Shown here in pieces: positions 35,073-47,679 of a stretch of 64,000 nucleotides of DNA. How positions within the stretch are numbered: position 1 is the first letter of the stretch; every line of letters begins with the position of its first letter. The DNA comes from Macrostomum lignano. Taxonomy: Eukaryota. The notes below the pieces were generated by a model. The model was not told the DNA's origin, made no database searches, and worked only from the letters and a program-made list of their open reading frames with translations. Position numbers and translations under genes: made by a program. The DNA lies in the NCBI GenBank assembly GCA_002269645.1, contig NIVC01000301.1, positions 418,460 to 482,459 of the forward strand, written 5' to 3'.

Positions 35073-38050
35073 GGCTTCAGCGCCGCCACCGAGGAAGCCT
35101 TCCGCAACCTCCCTAAGTCCCGCCTGTCGGTTCACAAACGCATCCTTCGCTTCAATCAGATCATCCTGGAGCAGGCGCACAAACACATAGGCAAAATCCG
35201 GCTTAAGAGACAATCCAAGCCCTGGCTTACCCAAGAAGCTAAAGCTGCCATCAAGCGCCGCAACCGCCTCCGGCACGAAGTGCATCATAGGCGTCAAGAG
35301 TGGCTCGACGCTTGCATCGAAGCTTCCCGGCTCACCCGCGACGCCAAAGACTCTGCCTGGAAGGAATACCTCGCCGACCTGCACCACAGCCATGATTCGA
35401 GCCAGGCGTGGAAACTGATCAGGTCCCTCAGCGGCTCCCCGGGCTCCTCCGCGCCCAACGAGGCTCTGCTCGTGGGTGAACGCTCTCTCACTGACAACCG
35501 CAGCAAAGCCAACGCCTTCGCCAGCCACTATGCTTCTGTCTGTCGCCTCAAGATCGACAGTGACGACCGGGCGGTCGTCAGGCGCGCCAAAGCCATTCTG
35601 CGGAGCAACGCGCCGGCTACCGCGGAGACCCCACCCATCACCATGGAGGAGCTTCGCGGAGCGATTGCTCATCAGAAGACTAACGGCGCCGCCGGCCCGG
35701 ACGACATTTCCCCGCGCATGTTGCAACACCTGGGGGACGCAGCCCTCTTAGAGTTGCTGTTTATCTTCAACATGTCGCTGCACACCGGATCCCTGGGCCA
35801 CATCTGGCGTTGCGCCATTATCATCCCGCTTCTTAAAGCCGGCAAGTCGGCCAGAGAGATCTCCAGTTTCCGCCCAGTGAGCCTCACCTCCTGTGCCGTT
35901 AAACTTCTGGAGCGAATCATCGACACCAGACTGAGACACCTCGCCAACTCTTGTGGCTGGATCTCGCCGGCCCAGGCTGGCTTCCGTGCGATGTACTCGT
36001 GCGAGGACCTGTTACTCAGAGTTGTGCAGGACATTAGCGACGGCTTCCAACTCAAACCGGCCGAAAGGACCATTCTCGCCCTCCTGGACTACTCTAAGGC
36101 GTTCGACAAAGTGTGGCGCGAGAAGCTTATCACCATCCTCGCTGATAAAGGTGTCCCGCTTGCTTACATTCGCTGGATTTCGTCCTTCCTCAGCGACCGC
36201 CGCGCTCGGGTTTCCTTCAACGGGTCCCTCAGCAAGTCCAAGCCGATGCGCCAAGGCCTTCCGCAGGGATCCGTCTTGGGACCGCTGCTATTTACGCTTT
36301 TCATTGACCCTGTCGTCTCCGTTATCCCTGAGGATGTTGGCATCACGTTATACGCTGACGACATCTCTCTCAGATGCAGGCACCGCAACAAGCTCACGGC
36401 CGCCTCCCGCCTTCAGGCCGCCCTCAACGCTGTTACCGCCTGGAGCTCCTTCAACAAGATGGTGCTCAACGCTGACAAGAGTGAAATCGCCTTCTTTTCT
36501 ACCGACCCCAGCGAAGCGAGCTGGAGCCCCTCGCTCTTCATCGGGCATTCCCAAGTTCGGCACTGCAGCACTCCTAGACTCCTAGGCATTACCCTGGACC
36601 GTACGCTCAGCTTTAACGCGCACGTCAACGACATCTGCAGCAGAGTCCTGTTCCGCTGCCGCATGCTGTCCTGCCTCGCGGCTCGGGACTGGGGTTGGCG
36701 CAAGGAGCGCCTTCGCGGCGTCTACCTGGCTATGCAGCAGAGCCTTCTTAACTACGCGGCCCCGGCTTGGCAACCTTGGCTTTCCAGCACCTCCTTCGAG
36801 CGCCTTGAGCGCGCGCAAAACCAGGCCCTCAGAATCGTCACGGGCTTGCACCGCTCGGCGCCGCTTGACGCTGTGCACCTGGAGGCCGGCATCGGCAGCT
36901 ACAGGAACACCAGCGACCGCCTTTGCCTCATCGCCAGGGAACGCGCGCTCAGGCTGCCCAACGACCATCCTCGCGCCATCGCCCTCTCGGGCACCGTGCA
37001 ACACCGGCTCGCCCGCAGTAGCTGGAGACTCCGCTCGGCTCAGCTTGCCAATGGCCTTGGCATTGATCTCACGCCGCGTCTGCCGCTCACACCGGCCTTC
37101 CCATGCCCCTGGCTGGACCAATATCTTCCGGCGATCCTAGCTGACAATCCTTTGCCTCCGGCCACCACGCCCCCGTTGGAGCGCTGTCTTGCCGCTCTCG
37201 ACGTCATTCGGTCTCACCCGGCTGAGCTCGTCATTTACTGCGATGGTTCGGCGGCCGGCGGCTCCGAGGCTGGCGGGGCGGCCGCTGTGGTCACCATCGG
37301 AGACCCGGCAGTCCCGACGACCGTGGAAGCCCGCACGTCCGCTGGCAGCCGCTACACCAGCTCCTTTGAAGAGGAACTCCGCGCTCTGGTCCTAGCCCTC
37401 GACTACCTCCGCTCGCACCCACGCGCCCTGCCATCATCTGCTCTGACAGTCAGTCTCTTCTGCGCGCCCTTCAGCGTCCCTTCAGCCGCCTGGCCTCTTC
37501 CCTCCGCTTCCCGCACAACTGCCGCGCTCTCCTGTGGGTCCCGGGTCATGTCGGCATTCCGGGCAATGAACTCGCGGACCGCGCTGCTAACTCCGCTGCC
37601 GCCAACGCCGATGAAGCACCGCGCCCCAGCATCAGTTTTCCCACTGCCGCCTCGGTGATCCGCCGCACTCTGGTTGACAAGCCGGTCACCCACGCGAGAT
37701 CTCGTCTCACCTATGCCTCCGCCGACGCCGAAAAGAAACGTCGGCTTATTACTAACCGCAAAGACGCTGTCCTTCTTGCCCGGCTGCGCTCCGGCCACTC
37801 CAGCCTCTTCGGAGCCTTCCGCGCCCTCATGGACCCCACGGTGGATCCGACGTGCCAAAGGTGCTTCCTCGAACCAGACACCCTTGAGCACTGGACAGCG
37901 TGCCCTGCTCTCGAGGCCGCCCGCCGTCGCTTCATTGGAGCTCCGCTCTCCCTCAGCAACTTGTCCGATTACCCTGATGGTTTGGTCGCGCTGGCCAGGT
38001 TCTGCATGGATCCTGGGCGCGTTTGGGCCAACTAACAACAACAACAACAA
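35073..38050 (+). mobile_element. 5'-truncated non-LTR retrotransposon (RT + RNase H + CCHC finger), I-group/Ingi-like, nearly intact
   Basis: RT motifs GAAGPDDI, FRPVSLTSCAVKLLE, LLDYSKAFDKV, GLPQGSVLGP and YADD. RNase H motifs IYCDGS, CSDSQS and WVPGHVGIPGNELAD. Zinc finger CQRC...EHWTAC. One apparent 1-nt frameshift at ~37430. (AAC)n tail at 38036-38050. 14-bp TSD CAGCAGCATCACAG at 35059-35072 and 38051-38064. Confidence 0.92.
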
Positions 38051-38410
38051 CAGCAGCATCACAGCAATAGCATAGCATCAGCATAGTGCAGTAGCAACAG
38101 CATAGCAACAGCATACTCCAGTAGCAACAGCATAGCAACAGCATAATTCAGTCGCTATAGCAACAGCATAGCAACAGCATAGCAACAGCATAGCAACAGC
38201 ATAGCAACAACATAGCAACAGCATAGCAACAGCATAGCAACAGCATAGCAACAACATAGCAACAGCATAGCAACAGCATAGCAACAGCATAGCAACAGCA
38301 TAGCAACAGCATAGCAACAGCATAGCAACAGCATAGCAACAGCATAGCAACAGCATAGCAACAGCATAGCAACAGCATAGAAACAGCATAGCAACAGCAT
38401 AGCAACAACA
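38051..38410. repeat. 11-bp minisatellite (CATAGCAACAG); degenerate units also lie left of the LINE at ~34940-35072
   Basis: Directly visible on both sides of the LINE. Confidence 0.95.
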
Positions 38411-38551
38411 AAGCAAGCGGCATTGCAACAGAAATAAGCAGAATAGCTGGCAGTCTAGCGGAAATTCTGATCGGCGGAAGCTCCGAAATTTTTCTGCAGC
38501 GCTATGGAAGCAATTCGCAGGCAGGCCAACTGCGACAAGAAAATGTGCCGC

Positions 38552-40626
38552 TCAGGCGGACAAGTTCTTGTACACTTTGAAGCAGTGGTTGCCAGTGTCA
38601 ACAACTACCAGCTGATTGAATTCGGGCAGATATGCGACACCCTGCGGACCGTACAGCTGGTCCGCGTGGGTGCTCACGCTGGAGAGGAACCGGCCTTCGC
38701 TGTTGAATATCTGCGGGTTCGTTGCGGTCAGCATGGAAATTCTTCAGCAGAATCAATCAATTTGTTTGATATATTCAACCAACGTCAGCCAGAAGTGAAC
38801 TAAATATTTTTGCATCTTCAACCAGCAGAGTCTACTGGAAGTGGGATCGGGATTAGCGTTCTCACCTGAAGCGACGAGCTACCCCAGTCAGCCACGATGA
38901 TGTTGTCCCTGGTGTCTACCGCCACCCCGGTAGGCGCGTTGAAGCGTCCGGCCTCCCGGCCGGTGCAGCCGATGACGAACAGGAAGGCGCCCTGGCTGTC
39001 GAACACCTTCACGCAGTGGTTGTGAAAGTCGGTCACCACCAGCTCGTCCCGAGACGTGGTGGCGATGTAGTGCGGCCCTGCGAACTGGTGCTCGGCCACG
39101 CCGCGGCTGCCGAACCGGCGCTCCACCTTGCCGAGCGGCGTGAACAGCAGCACGCAGCAGGCGCGGTTGTCCACCACGGCCACCCGACCGTCCGACAGAA
39201 CCGTCAAGCCCTTCGGCCCGGCCAGCCGGTTGGCGCCGAAACGCTTCTTGTAGCGGCCCTCGGCGCTGAAGACGTGGACGCAGCGGCCGTCGTAGTCGCT
39301 GACGAGAATGTCGCCGGTCTCCGCGGACTCGGCCACGTCCACCGGCCGCTGCAGATGGCCGGGCTCACGACCGCGGATGCCGAACCGGCTGATGAAATCG
39401 CCGCCGGGGCCGAATGACTGCACGTTGGCGTTGTTGGCGTCCACCACCAGGATGCGCCCGGTGCGGCCCGAGACGCGGGCGCCCTGCGGGTTGCTGAACT
39501 CGCCGTGGCCGCGGCCGCGGGCGCCGACCCGCAGGACGAGGTCGTCGGGCTCGTGGTTGCCAAATGCGGCCGCCGAGGCGGCGGCTCGCCGGCTGACTCC
39601 TGTCCGGCTGACGGAGCGGCGGAGGGAAGCGGCGACGCCTCCACCGCTGCTGGCGCTGGTTAGCGAGCGCGTGGAGCCCCGAACGGCGCCGATGCTGCGG
39701 CTGGTGGCCGGCATGCGGCTCGAGCTGGCAGGCCGGGTGGGCCTAGCGGGCCGCCTGTGGACGCCGTCGCTGACGCCGCCGCCGCCGCTGCCGTTCTCTG
39801 GCGCCACGGCGTGCACGGCGAACGGGGATCCGCGAATGTGCTCGCCGAGCAGCTTGACGTTGAGGTCGTAGACCCCCGGCCGGTCCAACTGGAATTTCAC
39901 CCGCAGCTGGTCGTCCTCCTGCTGAACGGCCACCGAGTAGGAGTTCTCGAATGGCGAGCTGATGCTGGCGGCGCAGCTGACGCTGGCGAGGGCGGCCGGA
40001 TCAACCGGCCGGTTCTGCGAGTCTCGGGCCAGCACGGTGGCGACGCACTCGGTGGCCACAGGGCAGGCGCGCAGAAGATCGCCGCCGGCCTCCTGCAGGC
40101 GGCAGTTGGCTGCCTGGACTCCGCCAAGGACCACCAGGCCGACCAGGTGCAGCCGGCTGAGCAGCTGGTCCAGCTCGGCCGGGAAGAAGGACAACGAGTC
40201 CGACTCGCTCGGGTGGACGGAGGGCCGCTCGGCAGCCAGCTGGGCTGCGGCCGCTTCGATCTCGGCGGAGTCGGCTGGTTGATCCTCCAGCAGCTGCAGC
40301 AGGGCGGCGGCCGCGGCGTCGGCGGCTTCGGCGCGAGCCTCCTCGGCCTGCATGGCCTCGGAGCGGGCGGCGGCCAGCTCGTTGAGTGACTCGGCCAGCC
40401 GGGCCTTGCGGTTGCGCAGGAATCGCTCCACCATCTGGAAGCTGCGCTCCATCTGGTCGAGAACTTCGCGGCGTTCGGCTGGCTCGCGCTCACGAATCCG
40501 CGCCAGCTCGGCGCGCCGCTCCGACCAGGCCTGGCGCGACTCAGCGGCCACTCGGCGCCACTCGTCGGTTGCAGCGGCGGCCGCTGGCGCCGGGGCCTCG
40601 TCGTCGCCTCCTTCGTCGCCGCTCAT
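38552..40626 (-). CDS. TRIM2/TRIM3-like protein: coiled coil, filamin domain and six NHL repeats, ~639 aa, no RING or B-box visible
   Basis: Exons 40626-38866 and 38710-38552, with a GT-AG intron. Filamin motif GVYDLNVKLLGEHIRGSPF. NHL motifs DDLVLRVGARGRGHGEFSNPQG, RFGIRGREPGHLQRP, HQFAGPHYIA, FNAPTGVAVDTRDNIIVADWG and LYGPQG...DTGNHCFKVY closely parallel the TRIM2/3 C-terminus. Confidence 0.9.
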
Positions 40627-42846
40627 GGCCGCTGGCTGACGAGTTTTTCGGGGTGGTGGTGGGGGGGAGGGCAATTAGCTGCAGCAATTTTTTTCGGGAG
40701 TTTCTTCAGCTGCCGGTTACTCGGCTTTCGCAGCCCTCAGCTAAATTCCTGCCGCCACTTGCCAGTGCGGAGCGGAAGACGGGGGGCAGAGAGCTGCGGC
40801 TGTGCAAACTGCGGCCAAGCAGGCCAGGCGGTTGCGAGGCCGCTCGGAGTTCGCGGGGTGCCGAGTTGGCCACAAGCTGGAGCGCCCAGCAACGGTACAG
40901 CAACCGGCCGCCCCCCCCCCCTCCTACCCAACTCAGCACCACCTGCCCTGCCGAATACGAGGGCTCATTTCTAGATCGGCTGCAATCGAGCATGAAAGAA
41001 AAATGTGTGTGCAGAAATATTCTGGCCAGGCATTGGATTGCTGGGTTCAGCTGCATGGGAACTGCTCGCTTGGGGTTGCCGCCTGCCGTCTGGCTGTGGC
41101 TGGCAAAGTTTGGCTCAGCTGCAGACACAGGATGCGCAGACGAATGAGTCACAGCTCTGCTTTGGCGCGGTAGAAACTTCTACTAAGTAGAAATAAAGAA
41201 ACTGTGTTTTTCAGTTTCAGTACACTGTCCTAAAGGCTTCCACACGCCACCATCAAATGAGGCATCAAATCACACGTCTGACGTACAAAGCTACACGACA
41301 TGTGGCTTTGATAGCCTGTGTGAGTGACCGAGTCAAAAGTGCCGCAAGCAGGAGGTCCTCGGACTTTTTGGCGGACGCGATGGGAATAGTCATCAACCCT
41401 GTTTGTCCATTGGAGCGTTTGAAACTAAAACACACTAGTGATACACTAGACTCGGCAATGCTTACCTGCAGTTGCTTCAAAGGTCAGACAAGTAGAATTA
41501 TGGAATTACTGAAAGTCCGCTCAGACCTATAGCTGAAGTGCTTGGGTAAGGCGCTCAGACTGCATGGGTTTGAGGTGGACAAAAACTGGTTGACGCCCTC
41601 TCAGACGGAGAAGTTCTGTCCTTCTGCCAATTCCGTGCAGCCCTGCAGTGCTCCGAGTGTTTGAAGTTTTGCGTGAGCCTCGTTTTATAGCTGGCAGACG
41701 GAGCACTTCTGCCTTGGTCTGGCCGGGGCTGTACGGCCCCTGCGCAGAGAGAGCCCAGTGCTCTGGCCCGGACTGCAGGGGAAGGGAAAGGGAGGCGAGC
41801 GGAAGGGGAAGGAGATTTCAGTACAGCGGGAGACTCAAAATTCCCTGGCGCCCCTCTGCCCCCCAGCGCGATATCGATAGTGTTAAATCCCTAAGGCTGC
41901 AGCGATTGCCTCAGCTCAGCCAACCCCCCCCCACCCAGCCGGCCTCAGTGAATTAATTTTCTTTGCGTGTCGCCCTGGTTGGTCGCCCTGCGCGTGGCCT
42001 GTCGGCTCAAAAATAGTAGGCGGCGGCGGCAGTCCAGGGCAGAGTCTGCAGCAGCGGGGTCTCCTCATGTCCGGCGTACTTAGCATGCAGAGCACCCGGA
42101 CTGGTGGAGCCGGTCAGGGCACACAAAAAGGCCACCTGTGAGATTAATACGACCTGTCAGGCCCCTCCTGTCAATAAGAAACTTGATATGACTTGAGCGT
42201 CTGTGTACAGCTGTCGAGCTGTGTCGCTGTCGCTGAAGTGTCGCTGGGTGAGACAGGACCTGTACATTCGTATAAAATTCCTAAGGTGTCAGACAGGGGT
42301 GTAGAGTGTACCAGGCAGCCATTGAGAGATACATGTACCGGAGAAAGTCATCATGCTTACAGGTGCATCAATCCGAAATGAATAAAAATGATCGACTTGT
42401 CTAGGAATATTAGCAATCGGTTCCTAACCAAACCTAGTCCCACTTGAAATTGCCTAGGGGGCCCCTAGGGGCTACACTAGTGGCTAGCTAGGGGCTACCT
42501 AGGGGGTTGTCAATAGATTCCTTAGGGGTACCCTAGGGGCCATTAGAGGCCAGCCTGCTAATAACTTTAATATGTACTCGTAGTTGCTGGCCCTTAATGG
42601 CCCCTCAATATAAAACTGTTTACAATTTTGATATGCATGCACTCTGGACTTCTCGTGGGCCCTTTGGGCTTGCAATTAAGAAATCTTGCAAGATATTGCT
42701 AGATCTTGGACGATAAATCAATGATCTAAGAATCTTGGAAGAATTATCGAAGACCATTTGAATAGTCGACTTACTTCTTGAATTAATTCAGAAACTGAGG
42801 CATAGCGCATGCAGGATGAGTAGTTTAATTAGTGGTGAATCACACC

Positions 42847-43032
42847 AATTTTGGCGCCGCAGGCACTCATTTTGGCGCCGCAGGCACTCATTTTGGCGCC
42901 GCAGGCACTCATTTTGGCGCCGCAGGCACTCATTTTGGCGCCGCAGGCACTCATTTTGGCGCCGCAGGCACTCATTTTGGCGCCGCAGGCACTCATTTTG
43001 GCGCCGCAAGCACTAGCTCATTTTGGCGCCAC
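42847..43032. repeat. 21-bp tandem repeat (CATTTTGGCGCCGCAGGCACT), ~8 units, resembling DNA-transposon subterminal repeats
   Basis: Directly visible. The transposon interpretation is inference. Confidence 0.9.
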
Positions 43033-44639
43033 AGGCAGTTTTGTCGCCCTGCATTCATGCAAAGCAGCAAAAACCAGAAATAAGAGTTACAAAGTAAGCA
43101 AAAAGAGTCTAAATTTACCATTTAAAAAGTGGGGGGGCGTTCCTATGGATACGCCGATGAGTTACGCTGAATAGCAGACTCTGGGTTCAGTTTTGGAACT
43201 GTTTGCGCCACAGGTGAATGATGCCATGATGACGTCTGCCGCATTATTTGCTCAATTCGATTTTCGGATCCTTAATTACTTCCCTCCTTCTTCCTTCTTC
43301 TGTATGTCTCTACGTCATCTAGAATTGTCTTTTCTTCCGTAGATAATACCGTTTTTGTCTGGATCCCGGCTTCCAAAAGCCCCCTCCCGTGTTGCATATG
43401 TAAGCTCGTACTCGTAATGAGATATGCAATTAAGTATTTTTTCTCCAACTTATTTGTTTTTGACGGATTAATTGACTTGCAACTGATGGTCGATTTCACT
43501 TGACCAATTTATTTCTTTGTTCAGTTCATGGTAGTAAATCGAATTTGCTGAGCTCTTTCTACCTCTTTCTTCCCCTTTCTACCGAAGATTGGACTGTTGT
43601 TAAACTTATAGTCACCGTGACTCGATCATGCATGTACAAAGCTAGGGCGACTTAAGTAGACTAAGTAAGTATAATTACATGTAATATAAAATATAAGTAA
43701 GTAAAATCGAAAATTAAGGTCGTGCTTGCGATAATTTTTGGATCAAATTTTTGAATGAGTCGATTTCGTCTAAGCCTAGGCCATTGGGTGGACAAATAAT
43801 CTACTATTTGACGAGTCGTCCTTTATTTTTGACCACAATAGACTTTTATTCTAGAGATCTAAAGCGTTGGATTTTTGTGGGCCTATTTTTAGCTCAGTAA
43901 ACGTAAACTTTTGTTATAAATAATTTATTTTCATTAATTTCAATTTCACATGCACTGCTTAATGAAATTACGCACTCGATTCGATTCGGTTCGACTTTAT
44001 TAAGATTGTTAAAGTCATATATTCGTCTTTTTATTCCTTTTTTAAATTTTACTATATTCTACTTTATTATTAAGCCTATAATAGATCTAGGTCTATCATA
44101 AATTTTTGTAGGTCTAACCCTAAGCCTAGTCCTATATAATATAAAAAGCAATGGCAACAGCTCCAGCACCAGAACCTTTTTATGGCAGGCTCTATGGTTG
44201 TATGAATCTAGTAGTGCTAATAGTGCGAAATAGTAATTGAAAATTTTAATTGGTAAAAACTTATTAAAATTTAACTTTAACTAGAAACATTTTTTACTTT
44301 TATTTAAATTATAAGTCAGGCAAGATCTTGATGTTGCAATTTATATTTAAGATTTTGACTTTTCTCTTAATTGAATCTCAATCAAATCTTGATTTTAAAA
44401 TGCATCAAGAATCTTATAATAGGGATTTCAATGAGATAAATAGAAATATAACCAAATGAAAAATATGATAAAATAGAAAGTATTTTTCTAGCTTAAAAAA
44501 TAACCCAGATAACTAAAATAGAAATAATTAGTATAGAAAGAAATTTCTATAGGTAGAGACTCTATTGTCAATGAGATTTTGAAAGTTAAAAATATTCAAT
44601 ATCTTTTGATAAAATATATAATAAATAGAGCTTGATTAT

Positions 44640-46518
44640 GGCGAAATCCAAAAACGTGGGATAAAACGGTAAAACAAATCTGCGGACATTCGATGGAAAG
44701 TAATGTATCTAAAAAAGGTTTTTGAAAGATAGATATGTCTTTAGAAAATAGTTCTGGATAAAAACTATTGTTTTCATGCTTTGTATTGTTGAATAAATAA
44801 GAAAAAACCACAAAAAAGCATTTTAAAAGTCCGAGTTGACCGATTTGCAATTTTTTGTTTCACTTTTTTTCATTATTAAACAATTAATTTTAAGACTTGT
44901 AGGCCTTAGAGAAGGCTAATTTTTTTACTAATTACAAAAAAGAAAGTAATCTGTGTTTTACTTTTTATTCAATTCAAAAAGATGAAGTATTTCTAAGGAT
45001 TTCAAAGTTTTTCTAAAACCATATAAACTCGCAAAAATTCATACTAATATAAAGTGCAAAGTTTGCCAGCAAACATCTTTTTCTAAAAGTAAATATATCG
45101 CTAATTCCTTGTTGCAAAATAATCTTTAAGTTGTTTTCTTTCATTTAAATATCAACTTATTTGTAATAGTATTTGTAATATGCCTATATTTAGACTTAAA
45201 AATTTTGGGTAAAAAATGGTACCACAAGATGTGAACCCGGCATCCAAATCAGATGCTTACTGTATGCTCATTAAGCGACGAAGAACAATGAAATTACACT
45301 AAAACATGTATCATCGCGGCGTGTATGCAGGAAAAAAAGAATTTTCCAAATCGCTTCAGTAGAAGCTGAGTAAAATGCAATTTTCCAATCCTTATGGGAA
45401 TTCCAATGTGTTACCCGGCTTCCAAATCAGATGCTTACTGTATGCTTATTAAGCGACGAAGAACAATGAAATTACACTAAGACATGTATCATCGCGGCGT
45501 GTATGCAGGAAAAAAAGAATTTTCCAAATCGCTTCAGTAGAAGCTGAGTAAAATGCAATTTTCCAATCCTTATGGGAATTCCAATGTGTTACCCGGCTTC
45601 CAAATCAGATGCTTACTGTATGCTTATTAAGCGACGAAGAACAATGAAATTACACTAAAACATGTATCATCGCGGCGTGTATGCAGGAAAAAAGAATTTT
45701 CCAAATCACTTCAGTAGAAGCTGAGTAAAATGCAATTTTCCAATCCTTATGGGAATTCCAATGTGTTACCCGGCTTCCAAATCAGATGCTTACTGTATGC
45801 TTATTAAGCGACGAAGAACAATGAAATTACACTAAAACATGTATCATCGCGGCGTGTATGCAGGAAAAAAAGAATTTTCCAAATCACTTCAGTAGAAGCT
45901 GAGTAAAATGCAATTTTCCAATCCTTATGGGAATTCCAATGTGTTACCCGGCTTCCAAATCAGATGCTTACTGTATGCTTATTAAGCGACGAAGAACAAT
46001 GAAATTACACTAAAACATGTATCATCGCGGCGTGTATGCAGGAAAAAAAGAATTTTCCAAATCGCTTTAGTAGAAGCTGAGTAAAATGCAATTTTCCGAT
46101 CCTTACGGGAATTTGTATGTTTAAATAATAAACTTACGTTGAATACAATTTATTGCAAACGAACTCTACAAAATACACGTTGTCAAGAGTAACGAAAGTG
46201 ATAAACAAATAAAACCTTAAAATAATGTTAAATATGTTGTAGAATTATAAAGTGTAACATTATAAGATAGTTAAAGTTAATAAAATACATTATTATAGCT
46301 TTTTAATCATTTTCATTAGACTCATTTTAGGTCGTAATTAAACTTACCGTTTTAACAAATCATTTTATTAAAAATAAAGCTATACGAAAATAATTTGTGC
46401 TTTAATAGACTTTTTTACTTTTTAAAAACATGAATAAATTTATTTTATAGCTTTATTGCTTTCAAATTGCCAAAAAACGAATTTTCATAAAACTTGCCCC
46501 CGATTTTTGGATTTCCCC
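44640..46518. mobile_element. Non-autonomous DNA transposon, Kolobok-like
   Basis: Imperfect terminal inverted repeats: left GGCGAAATCCAAAAACGTGGG, right CCCCGATTTTTGGATTTCCCC. 4-bp direct repeat TTAT at 44636-44639 and 46519-46522. The 5'-RR...YY-3' termini with a TTAA-like TSD fit Kolobok rather than piggyBac. No coding capacity seen. Confidence 0.6.
45236..46112. repeat. 178-bp tandem repeat, ~4.9 near-identical units
   Basis: The CCGG marker of each unit recurs at 45237, 45415, 45593, 45770 and 45948. Confidence 0.97.
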
Positions 46519-46522
46519 TTAT

Positions 46523-47679
46523 ACTAGTAAAAAGGGCAACCAATCAAAAGGGTGACAGTTAAAAGGGCGACAGTCAAAAGGGTGACAGGGTATTAGACCA
46601 AGAACTACTTAAGTGGAAGGACGGGAAACCTCGTTTCTTAGAAAATCTTAGAATCTTAGCAATAACAATTTTTGTGCTGACAATTTGTACTTGTATGTTA
46701 GAATGGGGTTCTAATATTTAATGTACGCTCATGAATACATTGTACATTGAAACATAGATCAATGGGGTTTATTTATTTCATTCACTGAAATCACTATACT
46801 ATACCATATAAGTGCTGAGTGTGGTTGCCACGCCTGAATTTAAAATTCATTGCAATCTTGGAGAGAACTTGGAAAAGACAGTACACATGTGTACACAAGT
46901 GCACATATAGGAGTAAAAGTGCACATGGACGCAGAGTACTAATTAAGGTGCATGTTTATGCATATCATGGTGTACACGTATATGTACCTGAAAATGTGTA
47001 CTTTCCATAGAAAAAAAGAAAAAATCAAACGGGGTGCGCGCACCCTGTGTGCCCCCTTTAAATCCGCTACTGCTAAGCAGCCAGAAAAAATATTTTTTTC
47101 TTTATTTCAACAGGCGGTTAGGACCAACAACAACTTAGAGAGCTGGCATCGCGCTCTAAACTACAGAGCCCAGCGAGGAAACATCCAATTCTACCTGCTC
47201 ATCAAGCTCCTATTCAATGAAACGCAAATGATCCCTGTAGAAGTGCAGCTCCTCTCCCAAGGAGTAATGCGCCGCGTACAGCGCAACAGATACCGAAGTA
47301 TGCAGGCCCAGTACTTCAAATACTGGAGAGAATTCAGGCGTGGCAACCACTCGGCAGATGATCTACTGAAGGCGGTTAGTGAAATAAATGGACCTCACTG
47401 AACCACATTTTAACATTTAATAGTGTGTCCAATACGTGTCCAGCTTTTATACAACCCCATTTTAACTGCTCGTACAATTTTAACAATGCATTTTAACAAA
47501 TACAAGTATGATACATGTTTACTGCTTTTAACAAATACTTTTAATGTACGTGGAACTCGTATTTTGTGGAACACTGTAACTGTCGCCCTTTTGACTGTCG
47601 CCCTTTTGACTGTCGCCCTTTTGACTGTCGCCCTTTTAACTGTCGCCCTTTTGATCTGTCGCCCTTTTGACCTGTAGCC
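46523..47679 (+). mobile_element. MULE (Mutator-like) remnant with a C-terminal transposase fragment
   Basis: 15-bp subterminal repeats AAAAGGGCGACAGTC on the left (46528-46590) are inverted to GACTGTCGCCCTTTT on the right (47578-47670), ending GACCTGTAGCC. The fragment RTNNNLESWHRALN...IQFYLLIKLLFNE (47113-47401) is typical of MULE transposase C-termini. Confidence 0.7.

Noticed and set aside
35067-40493. Multiple 100-220 aa ORFs antisense or out of frame to the LINE and the NHL gene
   Set aside because: Shadow ORFs expected in GC-rich coding DNA, with no recognisable motifs.
43272-43620. Coding-looking stretch on the minus strand (…YEYELTYATREGAFGSRDPDKNGIIYGRK…)
   Set aside because: Interrupted by several stops and I recognise no family; it would need BLASTx to support.
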